IMG/VR virus record: IMGVR_UViG_3300019487_000022
Coordinates: 1-25,240 of that record
Source of the DNA: a virus
Reading direction: 5' to 3' (one strand)
DNA length: 25,240 bases
Position 1 is the first letter of the stretch, and each line of letters begins with the position of its first letter. The notes beneath the pieces were generated by a model. That model was not told where the DNA came from. It was given only the letters and a program-made list of their open reading frames with translations, and did not search any database. This document shows positions 17,053 to 23,791 of the stretch, one piece after another. A program made the translations under genes and the position numbers.

Positions 17053-17115
17053 GTTGTAGGCATGGCAGAAGCCTAGCTTTGTATAAAGTTAAAGATCATT
17101 GTTGATCTCTGCAAT
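17053..17115 (+). other. Cloverleaf-like 5' leader structure
   Basis: 7-bp closing stem GTTGTAG/CTGCAAT enclosing GGC/GCC, GCTTT/AAAGT and AGATCA/TGATCT arms. Confidence 0.35.
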
Positions 17116-17156
17116 AGAGTAAGTAGTAAGATAATAGTAGTAAGGAGAAAAATATC

Positions 17157-18002
17157 ATGTCTATGCGTGACAAGATAGCTAATGCTATCTCGCTTATCGA
17201 AACCCATAATCAATCAGTTGAAGATCCAACAGATAAAATTGATGTTAACGATTTTCAAAAAAGACTAAAAAAAATTGGTGGAACTTCTGAAGATCTTCTA
17301 TCAGAATTAAAATGGGAAGATTTAGAAAAATGTGGACTTCCAACTCTTATAGCCAGGAAAGTAGCTACAATTTTTCGTAAACCTTCAACTGAAGACAGAC
17401 CTTCCGCTAGAAGTATTGAAGTAATGACGCCAGTAGAATTACTGGTTAATTTTAACCCTTCCCATCTTTCGTCTTTAATTGCAAAAAGATTAAAAGAAGC
17501 AACTCAAGGTAAGAAATTTTTGGTATTTAATAACGGGAATATCAATATAGATATCTCTACCAAATTACTTCAGGAGATAGTAAAAAATTATCCTCAACGA
17601 GACACCATAATTATCGATGGTAAACCTTGTAAAGTCTATGCTGTTGGAGAAAGTGTGGGAGAATTTGTTGATGAAAACCCTATATACCAGGGTCGTCCGT
17701 TGCGTCCAGATGATACTTGTGATCAATTAAATAGATCATGGTCTGGCGTTCCATTAATTGTTAGACAACTGATTTATATCTGTGTTACAAAAACTCATGA
17801 TATTCGAGTAACGCATGAAAAAGCACACGATATATTAGATTTAGCTCTAGCTTCTGATGCGGAACAAAAAATCCGTCAACGTTTTCCAAAAGCATCAATT
17901 GCTTTGGATGAATTAATTGAAGCTGGTCAAGCGCCAACTCTAAAAGTTCGTCTTGGAACTCAAAAAATTAACGATCCTTTTTATCAAAATAAAACTTACT
18001 AA
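17157..18002 (+). CDS. Hypothetical protein with SAM (sterile alpha motif)-like N-terminal domain
   Basis: AAGGAG RBS. LLSELKWEDLEKCGLPTLIARKV resembles the SAM pattern LxxLtxeDLxxlGixxgxrxki. Confidence 0.7.
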   Translation: MSMRDKIANAISLIETHNQSVEDPTDKIDVNDFQKRLKKIGGTSEDLLSELKWEDLEKCGLPTLIARKVATIFRKPSTEDRPSARSIEVMTPVELLVNFNPSHLSSLIAKRLKEATQGKKFLVFNNGNINIDISTKLLQEIVKNYPQRDTIIIDGKPCKVYAVGESVGEFVDENPIYQGRPLRPDDTCDQLNRSWSGVPLIVRQLIYICVTKTHDIRVTHEKAHDILDLALASDAEQKIRQRFPKASIALDELIEAGQAPTLKVRLGTQKINDPFYQNKTY

Positions 18003-18023
18003 CAATTAACTGGAGATTATTTT

Positions 18024-19673
18024 ATGAATCAAATTATACATGTAATATTAATTTTAGATGATAGTCCATCTATGTTAATGCATAGAGAAAACACAAAATG
18101 TGGAGTTAACCAAACATTAGACACGCTACGCGCAGTTACTAAAGAAACAAAACAAGATATTTTTGTCACAATTGCAATTTTTGCAAGTGAAAATTATATC
18201 GCCCCAGGATTTTATTGCACCCCTCTTAATGAGACAATAAAATTTACTGATAACAATATGCCTTCATCGGGTTCTGGAACATTGATGAATAAAGCTTTAT
18301 TAAATATTCTTTCATCTGTACCAAGTTACGAAAACAACTTGTGCTGTATATTTACAGACGGAGAAACACACGACGGAGAATTATTTCCCCAAGCATCTGA
18401 TATGATCGAGAATATAAAAGATCAAGGATATACTTTTGCATATATTGGAGCTAATCAGAATGTTGAAGAGATTGTAGAAAAATTAAATATCTCAAAATCT
18501 AATTCTATGAAATATATTAGCGATGCAAATGGTACTAGAGGGGCATTTTATCAATTATCACTTGGTATTAGAAAATATTGTGAATTTAAAGCCAAGGGAA
18601 AAAATATTAATAAGATGTTTGATGTATTAGATATTAAGAAAACAAAAATGAAAGTTCGCGGTTTAGAATGTTCTATTAATACCCCAGAAGCAAGAATATC
18701 CGATCAAAATGTTAACTATCTACCGCCTTATGCTCCGACACCAGCATATGTAGTAGATGAATATCCTGCATGTCCTGATAATTGGATGCATGGCTCAGCT
18801 AAAGCATCCTCTTATTTCGTACCTGTTAAGACAGGAAAAGGGATGTGGCTAGATTTTAATGAAGCATCTAAAAAGAGCAGACATCATTTAGCAGCGGTTA
18901 TTTCTGTTCAAGGAGTTAATCCCGTAACAGGTCAAAGAACTTCCTCAATGAGATTGGAAAAATACGAAAATAAATGTCCAATACATGACATAGATTTCCA
19001 ACAAGATAGATTCTGTTCAGAATGTGAATATAAATGGCCTGCACAAAATTATTTAGCATCCAATATGACACCTCAAGGTCAATTTTGGATAGATGGTTTT
19101 AGAAACGAAGAAGGTTTGGTAAGACAATATATCTTTACAGAAGAAGAAGAAAAACGAGGCATAGCACAAGCTATTTCAGGTGATGATAGAGTTTTTGCTA
19201 TTGGAATTGCATTTTTCCGCAGCAAAAAGAAAAAACCCATTCCAAAACCAATATACTTTGGTGGATTTAGTGGTTATTCAGGTGTCTCAGGATATTCTGC
19301 TATAAGTGGCTATAGTGGCTATAGTGGATGTTCAAGAGTGTCTGGTTATTCTGGAATAAGTGGAAGTTGGTCGACACATGGAATAATGAATGCCACCGTA
19401 GATAGTATTGGTATTGGTGCATCTTATCCAGATCAACAAATTATATTTGATGAACCGATAGATGTTAAATCTTACGAAATTGCTGCCGGGAGTAAAATAA
19501 AACAGACAGTATATGAAGATACAAATAAAATATCTTTTTGGGAAGATGAACCTTATGCAATGTTGTATATCAATTATGCAGATGAAAAATCAGTAGAGCA
19601 AATCTTAGCAAAAGGTAAACGAAAATATCGACCTGAAGGATTTTTAACTAATATTCCGGTGGGTAATTCTTAA
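18024..19673 (+). CDS. vWA-domain protein fused to an uncharacterised domain with zinc-finger and SGY-repeat insertions
   Basis: MIDAS DDSPS...T...FTDG and YIGANQ. C-terminal domain MWLDF...GVNPVTG...QNYL...QFWIDGF...VRQY...AAGSKIKQTVYED. CPIH...CSEC insertion. GGAG RBS. Confidence 0.85.
   Translation: MNQIIHVILILDDSPSMLMHRENTKCGVNQTLDTLRAVTKETKQDIFVTIAIFASENYIAPGFYCTPLNETIKFTDNNMPSSGSGTLMNKALLNILSSVPSYENNLCCIFTDGETHDGELFPQASDMIENIKDQGYTFAYIGANQNVEEIVEKLNISKSNSMKYISDANGTRGAFYQLSLGIRKYCEFKAKGKNINKMFDVLDIKKTKMKVRGLECSINTPEARISDQNVNYLPPYAPTPAYVVDEYPACPDNWMHGSAKASSYFVPVKTGKGMWLDFNEASKKSRHHLAAVISVQGVNPVTGQRTSSMRLEKYENKCPIHDIDFQQDRFCSECEYKWPAQNYLASNMTPQGQFWIDGFRNEEGLVRQYIFTEEEEKRGIAQAISGDDRVFAIGIAFFRSKKKKPIPKPIYFGGFSGYSGVSGYSAISGYSGYSGCSRVSGYSGISGSWSTHGIMNATVDSIGIGASYPDQQIIFDEPIDVKSYEIAAGSKIKQTVYEDTNKISFWEDEPYAMLYINYADEKSVEQILAKGKRKYRPEGFLTNIPVGNS
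19260..19367 (+). repeat. Coding (S-G-x)n repeat
   Basis: GGFSGYSGVSGYSAISGYSGYSGCSRVSGYSGISGS. Confidence 0.9.
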
Positions 19674-19981
19674 TCATCTTCTAAGATATGACGAAATACA
19701 TCTGGATGAAATCTGAAATTATCCTCTGGTCCTAATGGAACAATATAATCTGTATCAAAATAAGGATCCTGTTTCTTTCTAATAACAAACTCTATTCTTA
19801 ATCTTGCTTCAGGGTATGATTGTTCTGGAATGATACTTCTCAAAGTCTCATAGTTTGGTATATCCATTTCTATGAGATTTTGAGTTGCTTCATCTCTAAT
19901 AACAGGATCAGGATGAGATAAATTCTGTATATTAAGAAATATATTTATTTGAGCAAAGAAAATAGCAAACCATGTTGACAT
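19670..19981 (-). CDS. Small protein with HEAT-like repeat and hydrophobic N-terminus
   Basis: IQNLSHPDPVIRDEATQNLIEM...PEARLRIEFVI. Its stop overlaps the convergent gene's stop (TTAA). Confidence 0.65.
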   Translation of the reverse strand: MSTWFAIFFAQINIFLNIQNLSHPDPVIRDEATQNLIEMDIPNYETLRSIIPEQSYPEARLRIEFVIRKKQDPYFDTDYIVPLGPEDNFRFHPDVFRHILEDD

Positions 19982-19983
19982 AT

Positions 19984-20904
19984 TTAATGAAGTCCTAAAT
20001 GTTTGTTTATCATTTTTCTTATTAACTCATTAGTGTTTTTATATCCCCTCTTTTTAGAATCGTTCTTTAAGGCAGAAACTATTTCTGATTTCAACCTAAA
20101 TGTTATTTGTTCTGTTTTAACCTTTTTAAATTGAACTCCAAATTCTGTATCAAAATCATCATCTGGTAAATTAGAGAAATCTTTTCTTAATTGATCTTGA
20201 GTATATTTACTATTGAATTGCCATGTTGACAAACTCATTGCAAGTCTTTTAGGAGAAGGCTGCATCATTTGATAAAATATACTCTTCTTCTTTAAAATTA
20301 CAGGCTCTTTACGCGGAGTAGATATAAAACAAGATTTGAACCCTAAGTTTGAGTAAATGTTTATAATTGGATTAAAACAATTAATAAATTCTCTTGCATA
20401 TTTTTTAGTAACAAAAGCAAATTCATTTCCTGCTAAAAAATAGGGAGTCAATCCTAAAAGGCTTTTACAGGTATTTCTATTAATATTTACTATTCTTATC
20501 ATCTTAAATATATCATTTAATTTATTTTTATTAGCAAATGAGTTAAAATAATGGCTCTTAAGAAATGTATATTTGATGGTGCTTTCCAGTATTTGAGCGA
20601 CATGAGAAGTTGGAGCAGACAATATAGCAACACAATTGTTAAGATTTAAAGATAATATATTTTCTTTGTTTAAACCAAGAATTTTTTCATTATGTATGAG
20701 AGCAAATAATCGTCTTGTTTCAATTAATAATATAAAAGCTAATAATTGATCTTTACCACTTCTTCTTCCTATTGCAAACGCAAACTCGTTAAAAATTGAA
20801 TCGCAATCAAATATACCACATGGGTACATTGCAGATAAAATCTGTTTTTGCCCACGATTTAATACAAAACCAGTATCTTTTTCAATAAACTCTATTGCAT
20901 TCAT
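19984..20904 (-). CDS. Terminase large-subunit-like ATPase domain fused to a ribbon-helix-helix domain; no nuclease domain
   Basis: Q motif (NRGQKQIL), Walker A GRRSGKD, Walker B-like LAGNEFAF, coupling motif ISTP, FDTEFGVQF, then EQITFRLKSEIVSALKNDSKKRGYKNTNELIRKMINKHL. AGGAG RBS. Confidence 0.78.
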   Translation of the reverse strand: MNAIEFIEKDTGFVLNRGQKQILSAMYPCGIFDCDSIFNEFAFAIGRRSGKDQLLAFILLIETRRLFALIHNEKILGLNKENILSLNLNNCVAILSAPTSHVAQILESTIKYTFLKSHYFNSFANKNKLNDIFKMIRIVNINRNTCKSLLGLTPYFLAGNEFAFVTKKYAREFINCFNPIINIYSNLGFKSCFISTPRKEPVILKKKSIFYQMMQPSPKRLAMSLSTWQFNSKYTQDQLRKDFSNLPDDDFDTEFGVQFKKVKTEQITFRLKSEIVSALKNDSKKRGYKNTNELIRKMINKHLGLH

Positions 20905-20924
20905 ATCTTGTCTCCTATTAAAGG

Positions 20925-20951
20925 ATTCGACAAAATATGAACGGTAACTTT
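20925..20951 (-). promoter_or_regulatory. Putative alternative-sigma promoter
   Basis: AAAGTT-N15-TCGAAT, 20 nt upstream of ATG 20904. Confidence 0.55.
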
Positions 20952-20964
20952 ATAAAGTTACGAT

Positions 20965-21186
20965 TTAGTAAAAGCCTCTTTTGCAATATATGACTATTTG
21001 ATTTTCCAGAAATGATAGTCTGTCTGTGTATATTTCTAATTTAGAGGGTTCTAATTTAATTTCGCTTGATAATGCTTTGTGTTCTTCTAGTATATCTAAA
21101 ACTTGAGGACCATATTCTACATCGTAAGTAAGTTTGCCTTTAGCTATATTGACAAAATAACCAATATCATGATTTTTGTTACTCAT
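20965..21186 (-). CDS. Hypothetical protein
   Basis: 73-aa ORF starting 7 nt after the upstream stop. Confidence 0.6.
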   Translation of the reverse strand: MSNKNHDIGYFVNIAKGKLTYDVEYGPQVLDILEEHKALSSEIKLEPSKLEIYTDRLSFLENQIVIYCKRGFY

Positions 21187-21193
21187 TGATTTA

Positions 21194-21739
21194 TTATCCT
21201 GGAAAACGTGTTTTAGATGGATTAATTATAATTATATCAGTTATATAAGCATTTGAACCATATAACTTACCAACATTAGAGACAGGAGGAAATGCTTCAT
21301 AATGTCCGTCAATTGTTCCCCTTTTCCATGACAAAGATATACCACTATACCCAGCTTTATCAAATGCTTTTATCCATGATCTACATTGTTTATCTGTGCC
21401 GGTAAAAACCACAGCATTAAACCCACGACGATTTAATTCATATTTTAACTCACTTAAGAGGAAAATATCTTTTCCTTTTTCATCAAAAATACTAGTAAAT
21501 CCACGAATAAAAGAACCAGAAATGTCTTCGTTTTTAATTAGACTTTGAGCTATAGTCTTACGAGAAGTGTTGTTGCCATACAATGCAAGTATATTTGATA
21601 CAGCAGTTGGTCCACATGAAGCTTGCGTTCCTGGACCCATACTATTCAATAAAGTGTTCGTCTTCACTTGCGATACGACGCCGCAACCCGTCAAACCACA
21701 CAAAAAAACGATTATGAACAGTTTGTATAACCAGTTCAC
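21194..21739 (-). CDS. Lipoprotein with C39-like cysteine peptidase domain
   Basis: GTG start, signal peptide with LTGC lipobox, QASCGPTA (catalytic Cys) and GHY (His). Confidence 0.7.
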   Translation of the reverse strand: MNWLYKLFIIVFLCGLTGCGVVSQVKTNTLLNSMGPGTQASCGPTAVSNILALYGNNTSRKTIAQSLIKNEDISGSFIRGFTSIFDEKGKDIFLLSELKYELNRRGFNAVVFTGTDKQCRSWIKAFDKAGYSGISLSWKRGTIDGHYEAFPPVSNVGKLYGSNAYITDIIIINPSKTRFPG

Positions 21740-21764
21740 AATCTTTTAATTTGTGTTAAAAGAT

Positions 21765-22115
21765 CTATTTTACCTTCTTTGCCTTTTTCTTCCAGTTAAC
21801 AAATACTCTGCCTTTGCCAGAAAGTATCAAATCTTTAAAGTCAACAAAATCAATTTCGCTCATACTGCCAAAGAATTTAGGATTATCATAATGAGCTAGA
21901 TATGCTGATTTTGCTTTCTTACTGCTATCAAATCCTAACATTACTTTATCTTCATCATATTTACCTGTTTTAGGATCATTCTGATGAACAATATAAACCT
22001 TTTCGGGTTCTTGATTTGTACCTAAATATACGTCTAAGCCTTCTCCGTCCTCACCCTTAGCTTTATAAATAAAGCCATAATCATATTTCATCTTAACACG
22101 CCATTCTTTACCGTT
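21765..22115 (-). pseudogene. 5'-truncated phage inorganic pyrophosphatase-domain gene (may still be expressed from ATG 22091)
   Basis: YDYGFI, DGEGLDVY, HQNDP, DEDKVMLGF. The frame continues upstream of the ATG as NGKEWRVK (family-like GxxWxxxM) and then hits the element end and a stop. Confidence 0.75.
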
Positions 22116-22260
22116 AAACCAATCTTACAAAAACTTGATAGATTGACATTTCGAGCCTTAACCGCCGTTCCTTCACCGAACGGCAAGCAACTCACGCTAC
22201 TTTCAAATGTTTTCGCAAGGGGTTAATGACTACAGGCGTTGCGGCAACGCTCCTATCCCT
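22095..22260 (-). ncRNA. Putative omega/reRNA scaffold plus guide
   Basis: Hairpins GCGTTGC/GCAACGC (22236-22250, inside the tnpB 3' end), GCCGTTC/GAACGGC and CAATCT/AGATTG. The guide would start near 22112 (GGTAAAGAATGGCGTG). Boundaries approximate. Confidence 0.6.
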
Positions 22261-23410
22261 TATTCCGAGGAACTCAGGGATTACTTTGCGTCCAATGTTC
22301 AAACTTCCGTTCACGTCGGCGTTCACGGCAAAGCCGTCCTTCGTGACGTACAATCCTCGATGCTTCCTCTTGCCTGAAAACTCGGAAACATCGTCGCCAT
22401 ACTTCGGCAGAGCGTCACGGTCGTAGAAACTCGCCTTGCTCGTATAGCTTTCTTCGGTGAAGACAACCTCGATCCCAGCCGCCAACGCTTTGTACTTGAT
22501 TTTCTCAAGCAGCAGATACGTTGGGACAGCACAGAATGCTTGGTTGGTCTTCTTGCCGAGGTTGATCCCGTTTTTCCATCCATCGTTCTTCCCAATGATT
22601 ATCGTACCGATGCCGTTGGTTCGGCATTCGGACACGATCATCTTCGAGACGTGATGGAAGTAGTTTTCCAAACGGAAGTACCTCTTACGCAGACGACTCT
22701 TACAGGGGCGTTTGTTGTACCACTGGTTGATATTCTTGACGATGCGACCGTTGACCAGTATTGGACGTGTCTGGTCTAAAGTTATCGCAGCCAAGTTGTT
22801 CAACCCGATGTCGATGGTGCAAATCTTCGCCTTGTCGAGTTTCGCCTTTTCTTTCTTCGCTTCTGGCTCACCGTCGTACTGAACTTCGATGACGAAGTCG
22901 AATCGTTTTGGGGTAATGACCACCTGTTTGTAGTTCTTGTCGCAGGGAATCGAGAAACAGTTATTGGTAGCCGTCAACTGCGTGAGCGGCTTACCCGTCT
23001 GACCGCCCTTGATCGTTTCGTTGTAGAAGATGACCTGTGCCATTTCTTCTTTGTAGTTGGGCGGCTTTGGGCATTTCACGAACTTGGACGTGTCCTTGCC
23101 GTAGGCGGTCAACGCCCTACGAAAGTTGCTCCAATCGGTCAGCACCTTGCGGACGGTCTGCTTCGCCGTCTTGGTGTTGTGTAGTTGTTTGAAGCAGTCG
23201 AGGTCTTTGACCTCTCGGATCAGGATGTTGATGTCGGGAAGTTGTGAAAATTTTGCTGGCGTTGGGGTGAACCACGCTTTTCGCATGAGGAACGTACAGC
23301 GATTGTACAGTTCCTTGGAGAGCGAGCAGAGACGGATAATCTCTGTGCTTCCCTTGTGAAAATGTCGTTCGACCATCAGCATACTTACCTATTTAGGGTA
23401 TGCCCTACGA
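22113..23410 (-). mobile_element. Non-autonomous TnpB-only IS200/IS605-superfamily element (left end uncertain)
   Basis: GC jumps to about 50% (31/60 in line 22321). Right-end hairpins at 22120-22145 and 22164-22184, upstream hairpin TAGGG/CCCTA at 23394-23407. No tnpA. Confidence 0.75.
22192..23382 (-). CDS. tnpB: RNA-guided endonuclease TnpB, zinc-finger-less with relocated RuvC-II Glu
   Basis: SKELYN, IDIGLNNLA (RuvC-I), IIIGKN lacking the canonical Glu, EESYTSKAS, KRKHRGLY, NADVNGSLNI (RuvC-III). Confidence 0.93.
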   Translation of the reverse strand: MLMVERHFHKGSTEIIRLCSLSKELYNRCTFLMRKAWFTPTPAKFSQLPDINILIREVKDLDCFKQLHNTKTAKQTVRKVLTDWSNFRRALTAYGKDTSKFVKCPKPPNYKEEMAQVIFYNETIKGGQTGKPLTQLTATNNCFSIPCDKNYKQVVITPKRFDFVIEVQYDGEPEAKKEKAKLDKAKICTIDIGLNNLAAITLDQTRPILVNGRIVKNINQWYNKRPCKSRLRKRYFRLENYFHHVSKMIVSECRTNGIGTIIIGKNDGWKNGINLGKKTNQAFCAVPTYLLLEKIKYKALAAGIEVVFTEESYTSKASFYDRDALPKYGDDVSEFSGKRKHRGLYVTKDGFAVNADVNGSLNIGRKVIPEFLGIRDRSVAATPVVINPLRKHLKVA

Positions 23411-23763
23411 TTTCCTTCACAATTTTAGAGCCGTATAACCAAATGTTCATCCCCTCAAATTCGTTGTAAGTATCCTCTGGATAGGAAGGGATGTCAGATG
23501 GTTTATTACCAGATTGGCAATACGACCTCCACTCTTTTCTGCTTTTCAAGCCCAAAGTATGCACGAATACTTTGGCATCTTTGTAGTCCCGATACTGTCT
23601 AAAACGCCTCTGCTTTACATGACTAAAATACTCTGGCTTCTTCCTCATAATCTGAGACAGGCCATTGTATCCGTTCTCCTTTGCCAACCTCTCAGCGTCA
23701 GCCAAATGGGTTTCTATGAGCTTCCTGTATCTCTTCTTCTGTTCTTGGTTCTTCTTTTTTCAT
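23385..23763 (-). pseudogene. Frameshifted fragment with integrase-repeat/helicase-associated-like repeat
   Basis: YKDAKVFVHTLGLKSRKEWRSYCQSGNKPSDIPSYPEDTY...WL. The frame is open back to KKKNQEQKKRYRKLIETHL but is one base out of frame with ATG 23763 at an A6 run. Confidence 0.55.
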
Positions 23764-23791
23764 TTTGTTTTAAAAGAAAATAATGTGTTCT

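Noticed and set aside
17053-17115. tRNA gene
   Set aside because: Only 63 nt, with 4-nt loops, no TTC T-loop and no CCA.
19984-20904. The genome's functional terminase large subunit
   Set aside because: No nuclease domain and degenerate Walker motifs.
23755-23763. Programmed -1 frameshift at AAAAAAG
   Set aside because: Joining ATG 23763 to the ORF needs a +1 shift, and the heptamer is not in the ATG frame; an indel or sequencing error is more likely.
22113-23790. IStron (group I intron plus TnpB) restoring the pyrophosphatase gene
   Set aside because: No room for, or sign of, a group I core upstream of tnpB, and no 5' exon found.
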